64,000 nucleotides of DNA from Haliotis rufescens (Eukaryota): positions 23,808,001-23,872,000 of the forward strand of contig NW_025963791.1 of assembly GCF_023055435.1 (NCBI RefSeq). The letters are read 5' to 3'. Positions 49,457-61,300 of the stretch are shown here, piece after piece; the stretch's first letter is position 1, and every line of letters starts with the position of its first letter. The notes below the pieces were generated by a model that saw only the letters and a program-made list of their open reading frames with translations, searched no databases and was not told the DNA's origin. Made by a program: the position numbers and the translations under genes.

Positions 49457-49954
49457 AAGTAGGTGACGTGAAAGGTGGCGCCATTAATCCAGGATTTGAC
49501 CCGATAGGCGAGGAGACCTCAGAACCGGAAGAATTTGTTACACATAGATTTTTGAAATCACAATTTCATCTTTATCATAAAAATTAATATTTCTGTACTT
49601 GTAATGCCATTACCCAAATCATTTCATTCTGTTTTTGTAATTGTTGTCCTGCTAGCTTCTTCTCAGTGACAAACGTCTGTACATATTAACATTATACAGC
49701 CTTCGTGACGAGCTGGTGTCAGTCGCATAAACTCCATTGCTTGTAGAATCATAATCTTTACCATTAGTTGGAACAAAAACAATCTCTTACAATCCAGGAC
49801 ACAGCTGATTTCAACATGCTGACAGATTTATGTATTTAAACTTACAACCGTCGTGTTGTCTTCAGTTTAATGTTCATAGTTACAGACAAGTATGTGTATC
49901 ATGAAACTGAAACTCTCTTGTTATTTAATAATGATTCAATGCTTCTGATTATAA

Positions 49955-50280
49955 ACTATTTATTCTACCATGAATTTGGAATTTACTCGATTCTGATTGG
50001 TCAATCAGAGGCTATCAAATCACATTAAACCCCCTCTGATTGAAACAGCTGGTTTGACGGCCGCATCGCCGCGGAAGCTAATAGTCATAGAATACGAGGT
50101 ACTATTTTCAGTCATTATCGGTATCAATATTTAAATAATTATATCAGTCATGGTAGAATGGATATAAACATACTGTGTTTTCAATGTAGAGCTAGGTCAC
50201 GCTGTGCGTTCGGTTCCAAATTCAATTTGGCGCGGTTAAGTCAACAGCTAGCTCTACATTGAAAACACAGTGTGTTTATC
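49955..50280. repeat. Palindromic MITE-like element with two inverted-repeat pairs
   Basis: attctaccatga / tcatggtagaat, and 30-bp aaacatactgtgttttcaatgtagagctag / ctagctctacattgaaaacacagtgtgttt. Confidence 0.7.
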
Positions 50281-50441
50281 TTTAATTAAATAAGGATATA
50301 AATAACCGTAATGACAAGGAATAGAGCCCTATTAGACGACATATCAAGAGTGCACGTTTACAGTGATCAGAATAAAGACACTTTAATGATTGTAAGTTTT
50401 GTCATTAAGTGGTACACATTGGAAACATCTCTTCTTTACGT

Positions 50442-50608
50442 GGGGCGTTCGGGTAGCCTAGTGGTTAAAGCGTTCGCTCGTCACGCCAAAGACCCGGGTT
50501 CGATTCCCGGCATGGGTACAATGTGTGCAGCTCATTTCTGGTGTCCCCCGCCGTGATATTGCTGGAATATTGCTAAAAGCGGCGTAAAACCATACTCACT
50601 CACTCACT
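50442..50608 (+). mobile_element. SINE family alpha
   Basis: Full-length; TSD ctcttctttacgt. Confidence 0.88.
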
Positions 50609-50889
50609 CTTCTTTACGTAGATATTTGTCTATGTTTCTATGGTTCGCGTTTCTATTGGCTGTGAGTATATTTTCGTTCAGATTATTTTTTAACAACTTC
50701 TATGTACACAAAAAATTGTTTGAAAGTAGTTTTTGTTTATTTTAGTTTTCAAATATCATGTACATTGTACCTATCTTGTTTTAAATATCGCTTTCTGTAG
50801 TCCCGTTGTAATAATTAGTTTAAAGTATATATTATGGTTATATTTTTCGCTAATACAATACATATATTCTGCATGTTACTCGTATAGGA

Positions 50890-51450
50890 TTATTATACCC
50901 CTGACCTATAGTTACATCAAGGAATTCCGTCCGTCATTCTTTGTGCGACCTATAACTTGAAGACTACTGTATGTAGATTCTTTTCAAACTTGGTGAACTC
51001 TTTTCATAGTTATAGGAGAGGTGCAGTGCTAAGTTTGATTTCAATATTTGGATTTTCTGAAAAGAATACATCGTTTCTTCATTTCCTGATTTAGAATGTT
51101 TTTACTGAAACATTTGTGCGACCTATGACTGGAAAACTACCTAATGCATTCTTTTTTAAAATTAAGGATCATTTTCCATGGTAATAGAAGAGGGTATAGT
51201 TCAAAGTTTAATTTTGATATGTGTATTTTCTGAACAAGAAATATGATTTTTTTTATGTTTTGAACTTGAATATTTTTTTACTTTAACATTTGTGCAACCT
51301 TTTACTTAAAAATTACTTCATGGATTCTTTTCCGATTGGGGGTACAGTTTATATACCAATAGGACAGGTGCAGTGCATAGTTTGATTTTGATAAGTAGAT
51401 TTTCTGAGAAAATATTGCTTTTTTCATGTTTCATGTTTGAGACCTGCTCA
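50890..51450 (+). mobile_element. Helentron/HINE-type element with three internal repeats of about 175 bp
   Basis: Start ttattatacccc, ccgtccgtc microrepeat, tttgtgc(g/a)acct recurring at about 50940, 51113 and 51289. Confidence 0.65.
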
Positions 51451-51639
51451 TTTTTTGTTTTGTTTTCTATGTAATGGTAATTTACGTAAATAAAGGCACA
51501 GAAGAATCAAATTGTGTTGTCAATTGATTAGCACTTTTAAAAATGTAACTTTTTTCTCAAAATCCAGTCTCACAATTAACTTTCTAATTACAATACGACG
51601 GATGAATATGTTTCTTCCGAGCACGCACCAGTGGAGTTC

Positions 51640-52955
51640 TGGTTGGTTGGTTGTTTAATCAACTCAGCATTTATCCAGCTATATGATATCGGTCTGTAAA
51701 TAATCGAGTCTGGACCAGACAATCCAGTGATTGACATCATGAGCATCGATCTACACATGTTGGCTTGTTGGTTGGTTTGTTGTTTAAAGCCGCACTCAGC
51801 AATATTCAAGCTATATGACGGCGGTCTGTAAATCCAGTGATTGACAACATGAGCATCGATCCACGCAATTCGGAACGATGACATGCATCAACCAAGTCGG
51901 CGAGCCTGACCACCCGATCCCGTCATATAGCTGGAATATTGCCTTATGTGGCGTTATACAACAAACAAACAGGATATAAATTCATTTGGAATTTCGGCTC
52001 AGATTTGCAAAATCCAAAAACTTTAGCTAAAGGTACATCGATATAGTTACTAACTGTTATTTAGCCAAGTCCCTTCAACTGACTTACCAATCTGAACTAG
52101 AAATAAAAGAGACAAACGAAACCACCTCATCTGTTTGATATTTAATATCTATGCATAAAGATTCAGAGTGGCTCTTCACAAGACTGCATGACAAGATTGG
52201 TTGGCTGTTTAACGCCGCACTCAGCAATATTCCAGCTATATGACGGCGGTCTGTAAATAATCGAGTCTGGACCAGACAGTCCAGTGATTGACATCATGAG
52301 CATCAATCCACGCAATTGGGATTGATGACGTGCATCAACCAAGTCACCGAGCCTGACCACCCGATCCCGTTAGTCGCCTTTTACGACAAGCATAGTCGCC
52401 TTTTACGGCAATCATGGGTTGCTGAAGACTGACAAGAGGAATGGCTTCAACTTTCCACCTGTCAACTGCCCCTTTGTGTTGAACAATATGCTCCAGCCTT
52501 TGATGTCCAGCCTTTGATTGCATAAATGTTGAGATACAATCAAGCATGCTCTTTCCGCGAAGATTTCAAAGAAACTTTTGCTCAAAAGTTGTTCGATCAA
52601 GGTTACAACATGCAATCCCTCAACAAAGTTTTCAAAACGTTTAAGGTATACATGTGGGGGACGCATGAGTATGAACACAAATGATGTCCAATGCAATTCC
52701 CAATATGGTAGAATAGGACTTCAGCAACCCATGCTTGCAGTAAAAGGCGACTATGCATGTCGTATGAGACGACTAACGGGATCAGGTGGTCAGACTCGCT
52801 GACTTGGTTGATGCATGTCATCGATCCCAATTGCGCGGATCTATGCTCATGATATCAATCACTGGATTGTCTGGTCCAGACTCGATTTTTTTACAGACCG
52901 CCGTCATAAAGCTGGAATACTGCTGAGTGCGCCGTTAAACAAAAAACAAACAAAC
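51640..52955. mobile_element. Delta element cluster between the 3' ends of genes C and D (51640-51970, 52197-52430 -, 52708-52955 +)
   Basis: Consensus matches in both orientations. Confidence 0.8.
52430..52660 (+). mobile_element. Degenerate Penelope-like RT fragment
   Basis: Frameshifted DKRNGFNFPPVNCPF...LRYNQACS...EDF...QKLFDQGY...LNKVFKTF. Confidence 0.68.
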
Positions 52956-53005
52956 GAAATTGTGATTTCAAACAATTCTCTTCTTGTTTGTATTCCAGAC
53001 ACCTT

Positions 53006-56000
53006 TTACAAATGTGTAACTAATTCTTCCGGTTTCGAGGTTTCCTCGCCTATCGGGTCAAAACATCGATCAATGGCGCCACCTTTCACGTCACCTGCTT
53101 CTACGTCTGCGGGCGACTCAACGACGTAGTGATCGGACTGGATCTTCTCCGGTAACTCGTCAGGTTCTTCAAGATCCTGTTTCCTGTACTTCTGAAGATG
53201 AAATATAAGGGTTAATGTTAATAACCTATGTGAATGTTGCTGTACAATAGAAAGAGTACAGAAAGACAAGTCGTTAGTGCAGAGTAGCGTCCCTCACAAG
53301 ATCCACCCTGATTTATCTTGGTTGGTTGGTTTGTTGTTGAACGCCGCACTCAGCAATATTCCATCTACATGTATATGACGGCGGTCTGTAAATAATCAAG
53401 TCTGGACCAGACAATCCAGTGATTATTATGAGCATCGGTCCACGCCATTGGTATCGATGACATGCATCAACCACGTCAGCGAGCCTGACCACCCAATCCT
53501 GTTCGTCGCCTGTTACGGCAAGCATGGGTTGCTGAAGACCTATTCTTCCCGGATCTTCACTGACTTATGTCTCCAGGTTTAACCAAAGTGGTAAACGTCA
53601 TTCATAGTGCATCCCTCCAACATTATGCCTACTTAAATACTACTTAAAGTGGCATTATATCTCAATTACTGTAAACACGTACGTCCAGAATGGTATTCTT
53701 AGCAAACAGACCCGTGAAGATCAAGGGTAAGAGTAGGTCTTCAGCAACCCATGCTTGCCGTAAAAGGCGACTATGCTTGTCGTAAGAGGCGTCTAACGGG
53801 ATAGTGTGGTCAGGCTCGCTGACTTGGTTGATGCATGTCATCGTATCCCAATTGAGTGTGGATCGGTGCTGATGATGTCAATCACTGGATTTTCTGGTCC
53901 AGACTTGATTATTTACAGACCGCCGTCATATAGCTTGAATATTGCCGAGTGAGGCGTTAAACAGCAATTAAACGAACGAAACGAAACACAACCAAAGCTG
54001 CTGTTTCTGCAGCCTGTGTTCAACATGTGACTTGCGGTTGAAGTCAGGATGTCGCTGTCAGACAAGACAATGCACTTGTGCATTGTACTCGTGCATGCAA
54101 ATGTGCATCAGAAGACCAATGTCTCAACCCTAACAATGCTGATAGAAGTGAAAGTGATGTGGAATAGACACGGAATGTTGTCACTGACTTCCTGGTAAAT
54201 TTCTGTGAAAAAGGCCTGAGGCCATAAACATGTGTACATTTGATGAGATTACGTTACATGCATGCTGTGACCTACCCTCTTATGTTTGACCCCGCATCTG
54301 AGAGGTCTGAGTATCATCTCTGGCATACAAGGGAAGAGGCGGTCAAACAGAGGACAGACAAGACGAGGGTCAATACTCTCTGGCCGTTGCAAACCTTAAA
54401 CATGACAAAAAAAGACAAAAGGTTTGATGAATTCTATTTACCAAAATGACTAATTAAAATTATTTGTTGGGAAAACATTAAGAGCTATAAGATAGGTGTG
54501 GTTACTTTCTGCATACTTATTCATTAATAAAGCTTGTCAATGCATTTGTGACAAAAAAATTAAAAAGTTGATGAATTCTATTTACCAAAATGACTTACTA
54601 AAATGATGCATTCATTTTGGCTTATTTCATTAAATCTGGCATCTAATATTATTTTAGTAATGTTTTCAATATATTAATGACAGCAAATATCGACATGTTT
54701 AGCATATATGACAACTGGTTAATAATAGATTCAGTAGCAGACCAGTGATGAGGCTGACGAACAATCCCACGATGACGAGCACTGCCATCGCCGTCGGCGT
54801 GTAGTAGAGATAAGATAACTTGTACATCGGTATGAACGGGTCGCTGAAATGTAGGAGTACACAGGCATTTACGGATTGCTGGAAAATAGGAACCCATCGG
54901 TATGAACGATCACAGACAAATAGGAACACATCGGTATGAACGATCACGGACAAATAGGAATACATCGGTATGAACGATCACAGACAAATAGGAACACATC
55001 GGTATGAACGATCATAGACAAATAGGAACACATCGGTAAGATCGAATCTCTGGTAAGTATTCATCGGTTTGAACGGATCGCTTGTTTGTAGGATATATGT
55101 ACGTCAGTGTGAACGGATCGCTTGTTTGAAGGATCATATATGTACGTCAGTGTGAACGGATCGCTTGTTTGTAGGATATATGTACGTCAGTGTGAACGGA
55201 TCGCTTGTTTGTAGGATATATGTACGTCAGTGTGAACGGATCGCTTGTTTGTAGGATATATGTACGTCAGTGTGAACGGATCGCTTGTTTGTAGGAATAT
55301 ATGTACGTCAGTGTGAATGGATCGCTTGTTTGTAGGATATATGTACGTCAGTGTGAACGGATCGCTTGTTTGTAGGAATATATGTACGTCAGTGTGAACG
55401 GATCGCTTGTTTGTAGGATATATGTACGTCAGTGTGAATGGATCGCTTGTTTGTAGGAATATATGTACGTCAGTGTGAACGGATCGCTTGTTTGTAGGAT
55501 ATATGTACGTCAGTGTGAACGGATCGCTTGTTTGTAGGATATATGTACGTCAGTGTGAACGGATCGCTTGTTTGTAGGGTATATGTACGTCAGTGTGAAT
55601 GGATCGCTTGTTTGTAGGAATATATGTACGTCAGTGTGAACGGATCGCAGGAACATAGAAACATACCGGAATGAACGGATCACTGGACAGAAGGAATTTG
55701 TAAACGAAACGCAACAGAAAATTTATGTTTTTAAACACTTCGATCATATTGATGTTTGAAAATTGAAGTCGGGTGGGTTGGGAGCACCAAGGTATATTGA
55801 GTGAGGGATTTAGATTGAATTGAGTCATTAGGTTGGTACGGTTTTGCGCCGCATTAAGCAATATTCCAACCTTTTCACAAGGCCACTAACCTTGAACCAC
55901 AAGGCCACCCCAACACCCAACTGAGTTGGGGAAGGCGGTAAAAGCGTTGATCTAAAACGAACTACACACAATGAATGAATTGCTTATTATAGCGTCACAC

Positions 56001-58292
56001 TGATATGTTAGACAAGTTGATGTATACATCTAGAAGTACACGTCGCCATCCTGGGCCGGTACGGGTGTAGGTGTACCTTTCTCTTTTCAACCCATGCTTG
56101 CCATAAAAGCTACAATGCTTGTCGTAAGAGGCGACTAGCGGGATCGGGTGGTCGCGCTCGCTGACTTGGTTGATGCATGTATTCGATCCCAAGGGGGCAC
56201 GGGTTGCCCAGCCGTCTAAGGCGCCGCGATTCGCTGTGCAGAGTTGCGTCCTTTGGGCACGCCAGGAACCTATGATTGTGGGTTCGAATCCCGGTTCGCC
56301 CCGATTATGTTTCTAGGTTTGTCAGCACCATACCCGTGCTCGTGGTCCGAGACCTGCATCACTTCGGGCTTTCCTCCCACATTAAGCTGACACGCCGTGA
56401 TATAACTGTAATACTGTTAAAACCAAACTCACTCACTCAGTTGCGTGGATCGATGCTCATGATGTCAAGCACTGGATAGTCTGGTCCACTCGATTATTTA
56501 CAGACCGTCGTCATTTAAACTCGAGTATTGCTGAGTGCGGCGTTAAACAACAAACAAATAATTTGCATGTGAGTGAGCAAGTTTGGGTGTTGGGGTGAAT
56601 GAATAAATGCACTTGTGTAGCACCGTTTTGGACAGTATTCCAGGTATATACGTGGGTCACTATTTCACGGGCAAATGACCAGCGAGTCCGGGTACACCTG
56701 AACGAATTGGGAGCCTCAGACCACCCGATTCCTACATGTTCATCAGAGAAAGATACGTTAATGTTTAAACCGATTCTCTTTGTATACCTTGACGCTGCAA
56801 CCGTTGTCATCACGGATGTGGTTGTAGTCCCTAGTGTTGTGGTGGAAGTCATCGCTGTCGTTGTGACGGACCAGTTGCAGCCGTGAGTGAAGACAGGGGA
56901 AGAATTGTCAGTGGAAACCTTGGCGAATGCACCGAATCCGACCCAGCACATGAAGACCAGGGAGGTCAGAGCACCAACAAACGCTCCCTGAAAAGTGCGG
57001 ACATATAGCTATAACTGTCCTCTTTTTAATTTTCACAAGCGTTTTTACATTAATACGTACATTGTATACTATATTTTGAACCCATGAAGATATGAAGATC
57101 CGGGTTAGAATAGGTCTTCAGCAATCTATGCTTGTCGTAAAAGGCGACTATGCTTGTCTTAAGAAGTGACCAACGGGATCTGGTGGTCAGGCTCGCTGAC
57201 TTGGTTGATGCATGCCATCGTATCCTAATTGCGTGGATCGATGCTCATGATGTCAATCACTGGATTGTCTGGTCCAGTCTCGATTAGTTACAGACCGCCC
57301 TCATATAGCTGGACTAGGGCACGCGTATAAAAAATCCTTTGGCGTTGATGTTTTTAATTTGAAAGACCCTATTTGAACAGATAACGTTTCCCCAAAACAT
57401 CCGATCTATGATACGTTAAGGACAGGTCATCCATATTATGTCAACCTGTGGGAATACTTACCCATGCGTTTGCCCAGGGGAAGAACATGCCCAGAACAAA
57501 CAACCCAAACGACGGTCCATTGAGGATGCTGTAGATAGTGTAGGAGGTCTGGAACATGGACAAGTATATGATTTGAGGTAGCTGTTGGATTGTTGTATTT
57601 AATGACATTTAACGATAGTTTCGTTACTACCTGAAATTTGTTTCAAAATTATTTGGACCTGAGTGAGTAATAATTGCTTCACGCCCCATAAAAAATCTTG
57701 TAGCCATTTGCGACAGTCTAATAACACAGACAAACAGCTTTAAAGTAGATAATGCTTCATATTATACGTAAAATACTTTTACAGTGTCTTACTCTGTACT
57801 AGTTAATAATTCAGTTTTAATAAAAAAGAAAGATATTTAGTGAGTGGAGGGTGCTACCGGTAAGGCAGGACATGCTTACCCTTTTCGCGAAAACCTGGTG
57901 TCATTAACTTTAACCAACATTCCGCAAACGACCGCTGTCAAAGTTATAATGTTTCGTTTCGTTCGCGCAGTAAATGTTTTCGGTTCCAATACAGAAGCTA
58001 CGCTACAAGGACATCTCATTTGAAACCCATTCAATGCTTTATATTCCAATAGATAGGAGGGCCTGAGGTGTAATTGTTTTGCGAACAGGGTATTGTCGTG
58101 GTTTCAGCTTCTATGTTAACTTTCCAAATTGATGTTTCTATTTTCAGAAACATTGACTACCTTTGTGCAACATTGGTAGTTCCTAGTCATGAACCATTGT
58201 AATTCCTAGTTCCAGAAGAGGTTTGTTTGGACAATAATATAGATTAAAGGGCAGTTTAGAAATGATTTTCATATTGTGGTGGTTTACCCCCT

Positions 58293-58324
<32 letters not shown>

Positions 58325-61300
58325 TTACGTGCGAAAATACGACAAATCAATCAGAATGCGCGTATGACTTCATGTTCTCCGTCAAAGAATCCCTCGGGAA
58401 TATTTTTTTTATTTTACATAAGTCTTGCATCTAAAATATACCCAATACATAGTTAAATGTGTTCAATAATACTGTATAATTCCACAAGTCCCAATGTGCT
58501 TTAAATTGTATCTAAAATATATAAAATATATGGGGAAATTTATGTGAACCATTACGCATCGAGTTGACAATTGTTTTAGGTATGTCCGTTTGTGCTAAGA
58601 CGGAACCCGGTCGCAAAAATGGACATTAGAGGGGCACGAGTCGCTGTTCGGCTTGTCCCGGAATGACACGAGTTGGTCACGAATGCAACTGTCAGCCATG
58701 TTTCTCGCGCTGTGGCGACAGTGGGTGTTCTAGCTCGGCGAAATGCGGAATTTAACGGATATGGTCGAATGTGTCATGTGAGTTACTTCATTAATCTAAA
58801 ATATCAACTTGGTCTCGTCGCTAAATGGCTGAAATAATGCCGATGCGACGTTAAATTTTAAGTCACTCACACTCATTATTATAACACCGGAAATGACTCA
58901 CTTTTTTCACCCGACCTTTTTCTCAAAGAAATTACCAAATATGTACAATGTTTAAGTATGACATCACAACCGGTGATCGACTTTTCTGAAATTGCGTGTC
59001 AACTGTTTGCGGGATTTTACGAGAGGACTTTCGTTGATTTAGGAATCGTACATACGTAAGTAATCAGAAACATTCTGACAATCTACGTATTGTTATTCGT
59101 TTTTGTGTGTTTTCATTGAAACCAAAAGAAAAACTTAAAAAATGACGATAAATACCGTTGTCGTTCTACGTGATTTTACATCAGTCATCAGTCAGGACGG
59201 AAACATTTGATTATTATTGACGTTTATTATCATTTGATTCTAAAATCTTTGAGGAATAAAGGGATATATGTATCGCAGCTGAGTTTGAAATATACGCGAT
59301 GTTATAATAACCGGCAAACGTGAAACGGGATTTTGTAAACGCTATCCAATATTGCGGAAAGTTCACTTCGGCGTTCGTGTTTGCGTTTTTTCCAAAACAC
59401 TCTCAGCGATTCTAGGGTCATCGATGACGTTTCAGAATGATCAGTGGTGAGTTGATAAAACAAAGACAGATTCTCGTGATCACTAATATGCTTTTTTTAA
59501 AATTCAAATTTGAATATGTAAATAAGTTAACATGAGATGTTAACATATTGTCCTATATTGCCGATCCTCAAGATCGTGGCAAGAAAGTGAGACAACAGAG
59601 AAATGTTTAACTCGGGGATTCCCAATGAAAAGTAGAACCGGTAAAACAAATCGTGAAAACGTCAAAAGGTGAAGTGTATACTTTGTAAAGTGTGTTATGA
59701 AAATGAACGTGTCATTTGAGCAGCAAATAAACCAATCACATCACCCGAAATCCCCCAAACGTCAAAATAAGACTATATTAAGTTTTACGTTTCAGTTACC
59801 AATATTACACTGCCAGGTGTGAGTGGTCATAAACAAAGTTGGCGCACAGTGATGCACATTAGAACCATCCGGGATAGAGTGGGTCTTCGGCAATCCATGC
59901 TTGCCGTAAAAGGCGACTATGCTTGTCGTAAGAGGCGACTAACGGGATCGTGTGGTCAGGCTCGCTGACTTAGTTGATGCATGTCATCGTATCCCAATTG
60001 CGTGGATCGATGCTCATATGTCAATCACTGGATTGTCTGGTCAGACTCGATTATTTACAGACCGCCGTCATATAGCTGGAGTATTGCTGAGTGCGGCGTA
60101 AAACAACAAACCAACAACCAACATGTTAGTCGGGTGTTCCGATCCCCGTAGGTACCCGGTTTTCATGCTTTATGACATGGCCTTGACACGGCTGTCGGTC
60201 GTTTCTCATGCTTTCAGACACTGGTTTGCCGGGTCCAGTATCGTTTACTTACAGGCGGCTGTGCTAAACATAGATTATTTATGACGACGGTGTTATACAA
60301 CATTCAGACAGTTCATGTCAATCTAAGGACACGCGTGTACCGAGGATCAGCTGTGCCCCTGAATCTTCAGGGGTCTTTGATATAAATAGGCAGAGGCATC
60401 TGGTTAACAACACATACTTCGTTACACTAACACAGTCGTTTGCAGTTAAAATTGGCAGTCTGTAATCTGTGAACATACCTGCATCACAGACCCAAGTTGA
60501 GACACCAGGACGGCCAGGCCAATAGCAACACCCCCGAATATGAAGACTACAAAAATACATAGGCAAATATTAGATACTGCACATGATAAACCAAGAAATA
60601 GTTAACGCACTTTCCTCAATCACAAGCATAACAGTACTAGCCGATTCTGAATATGCTTGGTAAAAGATTGTAAGTGACTGAGTAGATACTTATGATTATT
60701 GTATTTTGGCTGTCCGTTCTGAACTTCATGCGGGGCTTTCTAGGTTTGTCAGCACCATACCCGTGCTCGTGGGTTTCACCGAAGTGGTAAACGTCTGAGA
60801 CCTGCATCACTTCGGGCTCTCCTCCCACATTAAGCTGACACGCCGTGATATAACTGGAATACTGTTAAAAGCGGCGTTAAGCCCAACTCACTCACTCACT
60901 CATGCGGAGCTTTCTAACAGCTGAAAGTAACTTACGAAACTAGGTTAAGGTGTAAGGCCCCTGTCCACGCGTTTGAAACCGTTTACAACATATGGATAAC
61001 AGCTTTAAATTACAATAGTGCGGTTAATTTTGTACAGATTCGAAGAGATAACCTTTTGGACAGTTTGAGTCGGTCTTTGTATAAGTAGCTGTAGCGTCAA
61101 GGTTCAGGCAGTGCAACAAAACGCTGTTCATGCAGTTAACTTGAATACGAACTGGGATCGTGATATGTTATTAATTACTCTTTAAACAATACAGCTATGT
61201 GATTGGCTAGTCACTGTCTTGTAACAACCAATACAAGTCTGGAGGTCATGACGTCAAGATGTTTGATGTGGCGTCACTTTCTTGTCGCACTTCGGGTTAC

